Positions 7,481 through 17,302 are shown, counted from the stretch's first letter. The stretch: DNA of 32,912 nucleotides from Candidatus Bathyarchaeia archaeon (GCA_049517415.1 JBEKSC010000029.1:1-32912); one strand, 5' to 3'. The notes: generated by a model from the letters alone, not told the origin. Made by a program: numbers and translations.

Positions 7481-8506
7481 TCATAGGTTTCTTTGTGCAC
7501 GTTCAGCTATGGCATCGGCCATCTCTGAAAGGCGTGCGGTGCCACCCAGGTCATAAGTTACTTTCTTCCCTTCCGCGATGACCTCCCGTGTTGCCTTGAA
7601 AATGGCTTCAGATTTCTTCTTCTCCCCTAGATATTCAAGCATCCAGGCACCAGCGAGAACCGTCGCAGTAGGATTGACCTTATCCTGGCCCTTGTAAGCC
7701 GGGGCACTACCATGGGCCGGTTCGAACATTGCATAATTATCCCCGAAGTTAGCCGAATAAATGCATCCGATACTCGCGACCAACGCCGAGATTTCTTCGG
7801 AGATTATGTCCATGAAGAGGTTGGTTCCAAATATGACACTCTGATTAAATCGTTGGGGATTCTTGATAAGTTGCTGTGCAAAATTGTCTATGAAATATTC
7901 CTCCATGCTAATGTCAGGATAATTTTTGTGGGCGTTTCTCGCTGCTTCCATGAAAAGGCCGTCCGTCTCTTTCAATATGTTCTGCTTCGTAATCGCGTAG
8001 CACCTCTTCCACCCGCGCCGCTTCGCCTCTTCAAAGGCCCTCTTAGCGAGCTTCTCGCTCGGTTCACGTGTAATCTTCCGAAAGGCTATTGCCACATCGT
8101 TCGAAAGGCGATGCTCAAGCCCAGAATACAGACCCTCAGTTGCCTCACGCACGCAAACTAGCTCCACATCCCCAAGCGGCCTCTTAGTTCCCTCGAATGT
8201 CTTCACGGGACGAATATTCGCGTAGAGGCCCTTCCGCTGGCGAATACTGACCGCAACACTCCGCGGCGTGTTCGGCCCAGCAGGAGTTGTGGTTGGGCCT
8301 TTCAAGCATGCGTCCGCGGCCTCGATCACCTTCCAACTTTCATCGGGTACCAGCGTTGCTCCACCATGTGTCTCCCACCATTCAAACCCAGCATCGCAAG
8401 AAAGGAATTCTATGCTTGTGCCGACGGCTCTTAGAACCTTCAACGTCGCATCCGCGAGTTCAGGACCTGTTCCATCGCCTTTGATCAAAGCAACGCTCTT
8501 CGTCAA
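7481..8506 (-). CDS. Isocitrate/isopropylmalate dehydrogenase family protein
   Basis: GDGTGPE, KGPTTTP, RSVAVSIRQ..GLYANIRP, REATEGLY, FEPAHGSAP, NPTA. Confidence 0.92.
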   Translation of the reverse strand: MTKSVALIKGDGTGPELADATLKVLRAVGTSIEFLSCDAGFEWWETHGGATLVPDESWKVIEAADACLKGPTTTPAGPNTPRSVAVSIRQRKGLYANIRPVKTFEGTKRPLGDVELVCVREATEGLYSGLEHRLSNDVAIAFRKITREPSEKLAKRAFEEAKRRGWKRCYAITKQNILKETDGLFMEAARNAHKNYPDISMEEYFIDNFAQQLIKNPQRFNQSVIFGTNLFMDIISEEISALVASIGCIYSANFGDNYAMFEPAHGSAPAYKGQDKVNPTATVLAGAWMLEYLGEKKKSEAIFKATREVIAEGKKVTYDLGGTARLSEMADAIAERAQRNL

Positions 8507-8572
8507 AACTCATCCGAGCGCAACGAGTGGCCTCGATAGTTAAGTGTTGTTTTGAAAACTGTGCAATTGTGA

Positions 8573-8650
8573 TGGCGGGCGGGGAGGGATTCGAACCCCC
8601 GACCTCAGGCTCCGGAGGCCTGTGCCCTATCCAGGCTAGGCTACCCGCCC
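8573..8650 (-). tRNA. tRNA-Arg(CCG), intronless, encoded CCA
   Basis: Reverse complement GGGCGGG TA GCCT AGCCTGGAT AGGGC A CAGGC CT CCG GA GCCTG AGGTC GGGGG TTCGAAT CCCTC CCCGCCC G CCA. Confidence 0.95.
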
Positions 8651-8776
8651 CCGTTAGATGAGAGAGTAGGTTTTCATGTATAAGGGTGGGCACAAGAACT
8701 TTCGAAGATCAGCGAACCAATTTTAAGGTGAACGATGCCATAGCAAATAGCTGAACTGCTTCCAAAAACCGGAAAA

Positions 8777-10729
8777 TTGGTCGCCTTGGGGAACATCCTC
8801 CAGCAATTTAGGGATGAGTGTAACAGCGCTCTTGGTGGTGCGCTGGAGAAGTCCTTCCCGGAATGGGTCGATAAGATCCCGCGCCTTACGGTCCCACCGT
8901 CCCTCGAATTTGGCGAACTGACATCCTCAATTGCACACGAAATCGCTCGTCAAAAACAGCTCCAACCACAACAAGTTGCCCAAGCAATTTGCGCCGCCAT
9001 ACCGATAAGAAAAAGCACGCTGCTGGCAAATGTCGAAAGCGTGTCAGGATACGTAAACTTCAAAATAGATTACAAGATTGCCGCCCCACAAATTCTTGCG
9101 AATGCAGTTCGAGAGGACGCCCGCTTCGGCATTGAGAAATCAGAACACCCGATAAGGATAACAGTCGAACATACAAGCGCCAATCCTAGTGGCCCCCTAA
9201 CAATGGGCCATGCTCGAAACGCCATACTTGGTGACGTGCTTGCACGCTTACTGAAGGCAAGAGGGCATTCAATCAAGAAAAGGTTCTACATTGACGACAT
9301 GGGACGGCAAGTGTCAATTCTCGCATACGGCTACAGCATCCTAAAGGAACCTGAACCTCAAGGGAAGGCGGACCATTGGTTCGGACGCCTCTACGCTTGC
9401 ACGAACTGCGCGGTTCAGGTCGAAGCCACGAAGATGAAATTGAAACAAATCGGGGACGATCCCAACCACATTGAACAAAGAGCTGAACTTCAGCGGAACC
9501 TCGACGAATGGGTAGGTATCGCAGCGGAACTCGGAGCAACCGACGCTGAACTCCTAGGAAAAGTTGTAAACGCCGTGCGTGCGGAGCCAAACGCTGAGAA
9601 AGCCATTCAAGATATTGGACGCAGATACGAGCAAAATGAGAAAGAAGCCGTTGCTTTGCTCAGAAAGGTTTCTGAACTATGCCTAAACGGAATCAGGGCA
9701 ACGTTAAGCGAGATGGATATCACATTTGATACTTGGGACTGGGAAGGGGAACTACTTTGGAACGGTCTGGTTGAAAAAACGCTTGCCAGGCTCGCTAAAC
9801 TGCCCTTCGCCAAGAAGGAGGGCGCGTCAATTTCGTTGGACGCTAACGCAATATTGGAGGCCTATTCGCTACGCAAAGAATTCGGCCTGTCCGAGAATTA
9901 TGAGATCCCACCTTTGACCTTAGTTCGCAGTGATGGCACAACCCTCTACCCAGCGAGGGATATCGCATATTCAATCGCAAAGTCCGCCGATTCGGAGAAG
10001 GTTATAAACGTAATCGCGTCGGAACAGACTTTACCCCAACTACAAATCCGCCTAGCACTTTATGCGCTCGGCGAACAAAAGGCGGCATGCAACCAGATTC
10101 ATTATGCGTACGGGTTGGTTGAGCTACCAGGCGGGATCAAAACGTCGAAACGGAGAGCGCATTACGTGGCTCTTGATGACGTGATCGAACAGGCCCGATC
10201 CCGAGTAGAGCAAACAATGGCGCAGAGAAAAGATGAACTTGGGGCGGCCGAATCTAACAGGACAGCTCAGAACATAGCACTAGGCGCAATCAGGTTCACC
10301 CTTCTCAATGTTAACAGCATGAAGAATATGACATTCACTTGGGACAGGGTCCTCAGCCTAGAGCGCAACAGCGCCCCGTTCATCAATTACGCCTATACTA
10401 GGGCTGGGAGTATTCTTCGGAAACTAGGCGAATTCCCGAAAAATGCAGACTGTTCGCTTTTAACACATCCTCTTGAATTCCTGCTCATATTCAAAATCGG
10501 GCGGATGACCGATGTCTTCTGCGAAGCAGCAGACCAGCTCAAGCCAGAGGAATTGACTGGATACGTAAATTCCATGGCCGAAAAGTTCCATGAATACTAC
10601 GAGAAGGTGGACGTAATCCACGCAGACGCAGATGTTAAGAACGCAAGGGCTTGGCTAGTTAGAGCCATACAGGTTGTGCTCCGGAATTCAATGGAATTAC
10701 TCGGAATCAACGTAAGCGAAAGGATGTAA
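8777..10729 (+). CDS. argS: Arginyl-tRNA synthetase
   Basis: EHTSANPSGPLTMGHARNAILGD, IDDMGRQ, RSDGTTLY..RDIAY, FTWDRVLS, C-terminal ERM. Confidence 0.96.
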   Translation: MVALGNILQQFRDECNSALGGALEKSFPEWVDKIPRLTVPPSLEFGELTSSIAHEIARQKQLQPQQVAQAICAAIPIRKSTLLANVESVSGYVNFKIDYKIAAPQILANAVREDARFGIEKSEHPIRITVEHTSANPSGPLTMGHARNAILGDVLARLLKARGHSIKKRFYIDDMGRQVSILAYGYSILKEPEPQGKADHWFGRLYACTNCAVQVEATKMKLKQIGDDPNHIEQRAELQRNLDEWVGIAAELGATDAELLGKVVNAVRAEPNAEKAIQDIGRRYEQNEKEAVALLRKVSELCLNGIRATLSEMDITFDTWDWEGELLWNGLVEKTLARLAKLPFAKKEGASISLDANAILEAYSLRKEFGLSENYEIPPLTLVRSDGTTLYPARDIAYSIAKSADSEKVINVIASEQTLPQLQIRLALYALGEQKAACNQIHYAYGLVELPGGIKTSKRRAHYVALDDVIEQARSRVEQTMAQRKDELGAAESNRTAQNIALGAIRFTLLNVNSMKNMTFTWDRVLSLERNSAPFINYAYTRAGSILRKLGEFPKNADCSLLTHPLEFLLIFKIGRMTDVFCEAADQLKPEELTGYVNSMAEKFHEYYEKVDVIHADADVKNARAWLVRAIQVVLRNSMELLGINVSERM

Positions 10730-10734
10730 CAATC

Positions 10735-12033
10735 TTGAGCAAGAAATCGTCTATGCTCAGTTGGCAGGGGATGAGAAGCTACTTCACGCTCGATCTTAGC
10801 CTACGAAGCCTATATGATAGGCTATTCTTGCTGCTCTTCGTTTTCGATGTGATTCTGCGAGCCATATGGCTCGACAAGCCAACGGGGTCCCTCATCTTCG
10901 ATGAGTGGTATTACGTTAATGTTGCGCGAGTCATCCTCAAGCTCCCCCAAAGCATAGGAGCAAATTCGCAACCACCCTATGTCAATGTCCCTCCTGGCTT
11001 GGACCCGAACCATGAACATCCACCTTTGGCCAAATTGCTAATCGCATTCTCAATGTACTTGTTGGGGAACAATGGTTTCGGCTGGCGAATACCGAGTGTA
11101 ATATTTGGTTCGATTGCGGTCCTTGTTTTCTACTTACTGATGAAGAAGCTTGCGACCTTCAAGATGGTTCCTCTCGTCGCGACCTTCCTATTTTCCTTCG
11201 ATAATCTGGTCTTCATTCAGAGCCGGATTGCAATCCTCGACATCTTCGCCTTGACATTCATGTTGCTGGGGATCTACTGGTACTTCTCGGGCCATTCCTA
11301 TCTTAGCGCGATTGGTATGTCACTCAGCGCTTTAAGTAAGATTACTGGCGTAGCAGGAATTCTCATAATTGTGATTTTACATGCGATAAGATGCGCGACG
11401 GGCCGGACGAAGGGGAAGACGTGGAGCGACTTCTTTTCGTGGTTCGAAAAGTACTTTGCAGTTTTTCTAGGTTCGTTTCTAGTATTGCTTACAATAATGG
11501 ACCGGTTGTGGGTGGGTTATTCTACCCCCTTTGAACACATTCAATTTATTCTCAGTTACTCGGCTAATCTTGTATCTCAATGCCCCAACGGAATCATAAG
11601 TTGTCCATGGCAGTGGCTACTGAATCAAATTCAGATTCCCTATCTCGTAGTGAACGTCCAAGTTTCCTCGGCTAGAGGTACATCGAGTCACACGGCTGTC
11701 TCATTCTTGGGTGCGGCGAATCCTGCGATTCTATACCTGACTATACCTGCGATGCTGTATGCCTCTTACAGTTATTATCGGAAGAGGAGCGACCTAACTT
11801 TGTTGTCAATCGTCTGGTTCGCGGTCACATACTTGCCTTACTACCCCGCCACGATAATCGATCAACGAGTGACCTACCTCTTCTACTTCCTTGCTGCTGT
11901 ACCGGCAATCTGCGCTGCCATCGCCCACATGATTTGGGACCAAAACCCGCCGAAACTAGTTGTCCTCTTCTATCTCGGGGTAGTTCTGGTTGCATTCTTC
12001 TTTATGTTCCCATTTAAGGTCATACCGACCTGA
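10735..12033 (+). CDS. PMT/GT39-like polyprenyl-phosphate-sugar protein glycosyltransferase
   Basis: IFDEWYY, EHPPLAK, GWRIPS, SRIAILD, S.PWQW, YLFYF; multi-TM. Confidence 0.85.
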   Translation: MSKKSSMLSWQGMRSYFTLDLSLRSLYDRLFLLLFVFDVILRAIWLDKPTGSLIFDEWYYVNVARVILKLPQSIGANSQPPYVNVPPGLDPNHEHPPLAKLLIAFSMYLLGNNGFGWRIPSVIFGSIAVLVFYLLMKKLATFKMVPLVATFLFSFDNLVFIQSRIAILDIFALTFMLLGIYWYFSGHSYLSAIGMSLSALSKITGVAGILIIVILHAIRCATGRTKGKTWSDFFSWFEKYFAVFLGSFLVLLTIMDRLWVGYSTPFEHIQFILSYSANLVSQCPNGIISCPWQWLLNQIQIPYLVVNVQVSSARGTSSHTAVSFLGAANPAILYLTIPAMLYASYSYYRKRSDLTLLSIVWFAVTYLPYYPATIIDQRVTYLFYFLAAVPAICAAIAHMIWDQNPPKLVVLFYLGVVLVAFFFMFPFKVIPT

Positions 12034-12170
12034 AATCTAAAGGGGCCTCGACGGGACTGGCCTGACCGAAATCAACAAATACGAAGATTGACGCTTAGAC
12101 CTGCTTACACAAGGATTCCAACAGATTGCACTGTACAGGGAACTTTGGATAACTAGGAGGTGACTAACGC

Positions 12171-12494
12171 ATGGCACAAGAGAATGCAGCTCCATACCCC
12201 ACAAGGGCTCGAGAGCCGATTCCACCGGACACCATCCTGATCGGAAAGAAACCCATAATGGCCTACGCAACCGCGGTCATGATGCACTTTCAGGCAGGCG
12301 CTCAAACTTTGACCGTTAAGGCCAGAGGGCGCGCAATCAGTACAGCGGTCGATGTCGTCGAAGTTGTACGCCGTAGATTCTTTGCAGGAAAACTTGCAGT
12401 CCAAGAGATAAGCATCGGTACTCAGGCACTCGGAGAGGGTAATGACATCAGAAACGTTTCAACGATTGAAATCAAGGTGAAGAAGACAGGATGA
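12171..12494 (+). CDS. albA: DNA/RNA-binding protein Alba
   Basis: ILIGKKPIMAY, VKARGRAISTAVDVVE, RNVSTIEI; SD AGGAGGTGA upstream. Confidence 0.95.
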   Translation: MAQENAAPYPTRAREPIPPDTILIGKKPIMAYATAVMMHFQAGAQTLTVKARGRAISTAVDVVEVVRRRFFAGKLAVQEISIGTQALGEGNDIRNVSTIEIKVKKTG

Positions 12495-12845
12495 CATGGC
12501 TCGCCAAATCGGGCTTACGTACTGAAGTGAAAATCCCAATTTCTTTCTCATGTTTTCGGTTTACTGTCGAATTCGTACGCGAATTTGTTGAATGCCAAAC
12601 GCGATTGGTGGAATCGACAGAAACAGCTCGTAATGTTCTCTGTTATCGCAGATTGATTAGTTCTCGCTTCTGTGCAACATCAGAATAGTACGCATTCTTA
12701 GTTCCTGAACGATGATTATGAGAAACCTGTTTCGTTGACTCGCTGATTCTTGACAGCTTTCTTGCACGAAATTTGAATAGCATTCGTTCGTGTACGCAGA
12801 ACAAACACGAAGAATTGTTGTAAGCACAAACCGGTGAATGTTAGA

Positions 12846-13505
12846 ATGAATCAAGGTTTTCTCAAGGACTGGGATAGGGATCAAAGAGAGCCTGTTTTTT
12901 CAAGATTCGGTGACCGTTTCCATCATAAACCCGCTGTTAAGGAGCAAATTACCTCGGCGCTCTACAGGCTGAATGTTCAGAAGAATAAGCTCGAAACAGC
13001 CGCCTCCCGTATGCAACAGCACGACAAGGACATTTTCGCTAAATGCATCAATTCTCAGATGGCACATGACAATGCTCGAGCGATGATGTATGCGAACGAG
13101 TGCGCAGAAGTGCGCAAGATGGCCAAGGTAACGGTGCAGTGCCAGATGGCCTTAGAGCAAGTCTACTTACGCCTCGAGACGATCGAGGAGTTTGGCGACG
13201 TTGCCAAAATGATGGCTCCCGTAGCGAGCGTGGTCCACTCGATTAAGAACCAGATATCTGGCGTGATGCCTGAAGTGGGTTTTGAACTTGGCCAGATAGG
13301 AGAAGTTCTAAGCGGCGTGGTTGATGAGGCGGGCGAGGTCACTGGGTCAAATTACGACGTGAACGCATCTGGTGAGGAGGCTCAAAGAATACTCGGCGAG
13401 GCTAATACCATCGCAGAACAGCACATGAAGAACATATTTCCTGATCTACCGAGCAACGGCTCCATGTCGCGCCAGAAAGTTGGCGAGGCAGGGATTTCTC
13501 ACTAG
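12846..13505 (+). CDS. ESCRT-III (Snf7 domain) CdvB paralog without wH domain
   Basis: A.MYANECAEVRK, LEQVYLRLETIEEFGD, MPEV, EEAQRILGEA, MIM2-like FPDLP; ATG at 12846. Confidence 0.9.
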   Translation: MNQGFLKDWDRDQREPVFSRFGDRFHHKPAVKEQITSALYRLNVQKNKLETAASRMQQHDKDIFAKCINSQMAHDNARAMMYANECAEVRKMAKVTVQCQMALEQVYLRLETIEEFGDVAKMMAPVASVVHSIKNQISGVMPEVGFELGQIGEVLSGVVDEAGEVTGSNYDVNASGEEAQRILGEANTIAEQHMKNIFPDLPSNGSMSRQKVGEAGISH

Positions 13506-13519
13506 AGGATTAATTCGCC

Positions 13520-14203
13520 ATGACTCTGACCGTAGAAGAAATTGGAAAGTATCTAGGGCAAGCCTTTGAGGATCCGATGGGACGGCCCTCAGGCAAGCTA
13601 GTAGGCCTTACAGCGGATGTCAAAGATGAAGTGCAAGCCGTCCAAGTAGCATTGAGTAGTGGGGAAGTTACAGAATACCCGATCAACTCCGTCAGAGTCA
13701 TCAACGGACGCCCAATCATACTAGAGGCATGGCGCGTAGAGGCCGAGGATCTGGAAAAGGAACACAACATCATCAAGAGAAGAAGGCAAGCGCTCGACCT
13801 GCTCCTAAAAGACGGAGACATTGACCAAACGGAGTACAACCAGCTACGGAACAGCTATGAAGACATAAACAAAGAGATCATTGGAAAACGCGAAAAAGTA
13901 GTCGAGACCCTAACGGAAGAAGTAGCAAAGCTTGAACAACAAATCAAAGACCTTCAAACAGCCTTAACCAACAACAAGATGCTGTACACAGCTGCCGAAA
14001 TCGACGAGAGCACTTACCACTCAGTAACCGAATCTATTCGAGCGGGACTCGAAATTGCCCGAAAAGAACGAAAAGACATTGACAACACGAGGGAGTCATT
14101 GCAGACAATCGATAACTTAGAAGCCTCAATTACGACCACGGAAACCTCGGCCCCGCCAAAAATCCCTGATGTAGTAGTAATCAAGATGCGAGAATTAACC
14201 TAA
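13520..14203 (+). CDS. cdvA: Cell division protein CdvA
   Basis: N-terminal PRC-barrel pattern (LGQAFEDPMGRPSGKLVG), coiled coil with RRQALDLLLKDGDIDQTEY, C-terminal beta-strand PDVVVIKM; directly upstream of cdvB. Confidence 0.9.
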   Translation: MTLTVEEIGKYLGQAFEDPMGRPSGKLVGLTADVKDEVQAVQVALSSGEVTEYPINSVRVINGRPIILEAWRVEAEDLEKEHNIIKRRRQALDLLLKDGDIDQTEYNQLRNSYEDINKEIIGKREKVVETLTEEVAKLEQQIKDLQTALTNNKMLYTAAEIDESTYHSVTESIRAGLEIARKERKDIDNTRESLQTIDNLEASITTTETSAPPKIPDVVVIKMRELT

Positions 14204-14215
14204 CCACGACAGGAT

Positions 14216-14998
14216 GTGGTTACCTTCTCCATCTTCAAGAAAGTTGAGGACAAGCTTCACCCCGTGCCACTAAAGGAACGCATTGAACACGCATCCTTCA
14301 GACTGCATGCTCAACTTGAAAAACTAGAGCACATGTACACTCGCCTCCACCAACGTGACACCGACCTCTTTCAACGCTGCGTAGGCGCACAGCTTTCGAA
14401 CGACTTGGGACATGCGAAGATATACGCCAACGAATGCGCCGAAATAAGAAAAATCGCCCAAGTCGTCTTGGGCAGTCAACTTGCCCTGGAAAAAGTAATT
14501 CTCAGGCTCGAAACCGTCGAAGAATTCGGTACGATCATGTCGCAGATCGCCCCAGTTATGGGCATAGTTAAGGAAACAAAATCGAAAATTGCTGGCATCG
14601 TTCCCCAAGTCGCCAGCGAACTTGAAGAAGTCAACAACATGTTGGGGGACCTAACCGTCGAAACCGGCGAAGTCACGGCAAACACCCTCCCCATAGAAAC
14701 ATCGGACGCAGAGGCAAGAAAAGTGCTCGAGGAGACTGGCCTGATCGCAGAACAGAAGCTGCATGAACACTTCCCAGACCTTCCAACCTTAGAAACCCCT
14801 CAAGTTGCAGTCCCCGAACCCGCAATCCCACTCATAGACATGGAAGCGGGCATCGATGATCAAGTCTACGAGTACGCAAGAAAACATGATGGCGAGATGA
14901 GTGTGGAATCATGTGCGCAAGAGCTCCATGCCTCACCCGTCCAAGTGAAAACTGCCATTCAAAGACTGCGGGAAAACGGAAAGGTCGTAATCGAATGA
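14216..14998 (+). CDS. cdvB: ESCRT-III CdvB with C-terminal winged-helix domain
   Basis: Snf7 core (AKIYANECAEIRK, LEKVILRLETVEEFG), FPDLP motif, wH tail IDDQVYEYARKHDGEMSVESCAQELHASPVQVKTAIQRL. Confidence 0.92.
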   Translation: MVTFSIFKKVEDKLHPVPLKERIEHASFRLHAQLEKLEHMYTRLHQRDTDLFQRCVGAQLSNDLGHAKIYANECAEIRKIAQVVLGSQLALEKVILRLETVEEFGTIMSQIAPVMGIVKETKSKIAGIVPQVASELEEVNNMLGDLTVETGEVTANTLPIETSDAEARKVLEETGLIAEQKLHEHFPDLPTLETPQVAVPEPAIPLIDMEAGIDDQVYEYARKHDGEMSVESCAQELHASPVQVKTAIQRLRENGKVVIE

Positions 14999-15020
14999 GC
15001 AGGACTAGTGTGAGTGGTTC

Positions 15021-16160
15021 TTGATGCAGCTCTCGGCTTCTGAACAACTCGAACAGATGGCAGCGAGATTCGCAAATGAAGCCGTTCAGTTTGATAAGCA
15101 AGGCGCAAAATCGAACGCAATCTCAAGGTACGAACGGACAGCAGAAATACTTCTGAAGCTCTGCACTCTCTACCCCGAAGCCCCCCAGACCCGCCTCTAC
15201 ATGCAACAGGTAGAAAATTGCAAACGCAGAATCAAGGAGCTTAAGGATGAGAATGGGCACCTTGATGAGCGCCCTAGCCTTGCACAATCTACTAGGCTTG
15301 AGCAGCTCGTATTGGCAGAGAAACCGAACATCAAGTGGGGCGAGATAGCTAACCTCCACGACGCCAAGAAAGCCATCGAAGAATCCATAGTCTTTCCCGT
15401 GAAGCGCCCCGACCTTTTCCCATTAGGTTGGCCCAGAGGAATATTGTTTTTCGGCCCACCGGGTTGCGGGAAAACTCTCCTTGCCGCCGCAATTGCGACT
15501 GAAATTGATGCAGTCTTCTACAGTGTTGATGCCGCGTCAATCATGTCGAAGTGGCTTGGCGAATCTGAGAAGAATGTTGCCGAACTCTTTGGTTCGGCCC
15601 ACAAAGCGTCCAAAGAAAACCACCCCGTCATAATTTTCGTTGATGAAGTAGACTCGCTGGTTGGAATTCGTCGAGAAGAGGTAGGTGGCGAGGTAAGAAC
15701 CCGCAACCAATTTCTCAAGGAAATGGACAACATCTTGGATAAGAAACGCCAAAGCCATGTTTACGTGATTGGAGCGACCAACAAGCCTTGGGCTTTAGAT
15801 GAGCCATTCATTCGCAGGTTCCAGAAGAGAATCTACGTCCCGCTTCCGAACTCTGAAGCTAGAAAGGAATTGTTCGGCATTTACGCGAAGGACCTTCGGC
15901 TGGACCATGACGTAGACCGAGAAGTCCTCATTCAGAAGACGGAGGGCTATTCTGGGAGCGATTTTCGGGACATATTCCAAGGCGCCCAAACGAGGGTTGT
16001 GCGTGAATTATTCGAGGGCAACACGTTGAAGGCTCAAGGTCAAGCGCGACCCATCACGATGGATGATTTCAGAGAGATTTTGAAGAAACGGAAACCAAGC
16101 GTTTCAGTCCAAATGTTGGGCCTTTACGATAAGTGGTTCGATACATACAAAGCACTTTGA
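15021..16160 (+). CDS. cdvC: Vps4-like AAA+ ATPase CdvC
   Basis: N-terminal MIT domain, PLGWPRGILFFGPPGCGKT, SIMSKWLGESEK, IIFVDEVD, GATNKPWALDEPFIRRFQKRIY. Confidence 0.95.
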   Translation: MMQLSASEQLEQMAARFANEAVQFDKQGAKSNAISRYERTAEILLKLCTLYPEAPQTRLYMQQVENCKRRIKELKDENGHLDERPSLAQSTRLEQLVLAEKPNIKWGEIANLHDAKKAIEESIVFPVKRPDLFPLGWPRGILFFGPPGCGKTLLAAAIATEIDAVFYSVDAASIMSKWLGESEKNVAELFGSAHKASKENHPVIIFVDEVDSLVGIRREEVGGEVRTRNQFLKEMDNILDKKRQSHVYVIGATNKPWALDEPFIRRFQKRIYVPLPNSEARKELFGIYAKDLRLDHDVDREVLIQKTEGYSGSDFRDIFQGAQTRVVRELFEGNTLKAQGQARPITMDDFREILKKRKPSVSVQMLGLYDKWFDTYKAL

Positions 16161-16172
16161 GGTAAGAATGAG

Positions 16173-16691
16173 ATGATTGATGCAGTAGACTACAAGATCC
16201 TGGCGGAACTTGTGGAAAACGCGAAGTACTCCTTTGCAGAGATCGGGCGCAAACTGAGTCTTCATCCAAATGTCGTGGCCTACCGTGTAAACAAGTTGGA
16301 GAAGAACGGGATAATCAAGGACTACACAGCAGATCTAGACTTGGAGAAACTTGGAGTAGCGGAGCAAATCTTAGTTGGCGCTAGCTTCCCGAGAGACACC
16401 GAAAGGGACTCAATTATTGAGAAAATTGCGGCAATCCCCCAAACGGTGAAAGTTGTTAGCTCACTGGGCGAACCTGAAGGGCTTGTTTTCTTGGTGGGTA
16501 AGAACAAGTCGGAAATCGAGAAGTTGATGACCAAACTGAGATCCCTCAATGTCAAGATCGAATACACCGGATCAATAATACGAACTCTTGAAGAAGGAAG
16601 ACTCGGCAATTTCCTGAAGATCTTGGCCAACGAACACGAAACAGCAGCGAACCAAAGCGGCGGGAATGGAACACTCACAAAGGGGGGATAG
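16173..16691 (+). CDS. Lrp/AsnC family transcriptional regulator
   Basis: IDAVDYKILAELVENAKYSFAEIGRKLSLHPNVVAYRVNKLEKNGIIKDY HTH followed by a RAM-like domain. Confidence 0.88.
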   Translation: MIDAVDYKILAELVENAKYSFAEIGRKLSLHPNVVAYRVNKLEKNGIIKDYTADLDLEKLGVAEQILVGASFPRDTERDSIIEKIAAIPQTVKVVSSLGEPEGLVFLVGKNKSEIEKLMTKLRSLNVKIEYTGSIIRTLEEGRLGNFLKILANEHETAANQSGGNGTLTKGG

Positions 16692-16696
16692 ATAGT

Positions 16697-17302
16697 ATGT
16701 TCAAAGAGAGAAGTCCGTGGAGTAAGAAGCTCAAGGAAGCAATCCACCCAACTCCAATGAAGCAGCGCATTAGCGAATGCCTCTTCAAACTGAAGGTTCA
16801 ACAACGAAAACTCGAAAGGACCTCATATCATATGCAAGAACGCGACCAAGCGCTCTATGGGAAGTGCGTTTTAGCTGTTCAGGGGAAGAACACTGAACTC
16901 GCGTCAATCTATGCTAACGAATGCGCCGAACTCAGAAAGATGGCGAAAGTCGTCTTACATAGTGAACTAGCACTTGAACAAGTCACATTAAGATTGGAAG
17001 CAGTGAACGAATTCGGCCAACTAGCCTACACAATGATGCCGGTTGCAGGCGTTGTAAGAACACTGAAGTCACAACTGGAGGGCGTGATGCCTGAGGTCTC
17101 ATTAGAACTCTCCAGCGTAAACGAAACACTTGAAGAACTGAACATGGAAGTTGGAGAAACTACCGAGAACACTTTCGACCTTTCATCATCCAGTGCTGAG
17201 TCGCAGAAGATCCTTCAAGAAGCAAACCTCGTGGCCGAACAAAAGATGAAGGAGCGCTTCCCAGAGCTGCCACCGATTCCAACCAGTGAAGCTCGGATGT
17301 AG
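16697..17302 (+). CDS. Third ESCRT-III CdvB paralog without wH domain
   Basis: ASIYANECAELRK, LEQVTLRLEAVNEFG, MPEVS, FPELPPIP. Confidence 0.9.
   Translation: MFKERSPWSKKLKEAIHPTPMKQRISECLFKLKVQQRKLERTSYHMQERDQALYGKCVLAVQGKNTELASIYANECAELRKMAKVVLHSELALEQVTLRLEAVNEFGQLAYTMMPVAGVVRTLKSQLEGVMPEVSLELSSVNETLEELNMEVGETTENTFDLSSSSAESQKILQEANLVAEQKMKERFPELPPIPTSEARM

Noticed and set aside
8460..8693. 77-aa minus-strand ORF
   Set aside because: Shadow of tRNA-Arg(CCG)
9182..9220. ArgRS HIGH motif reads TMGH
   Set aside because: First-position variants occur in ArgRS and the rest of the protein is intact; no sign of altered function
12711..12747. Possible C/D box sRNA (ATGATTA...CTGA)
   Set aside because: Imperfect C box, too short, no C'/D' boxes
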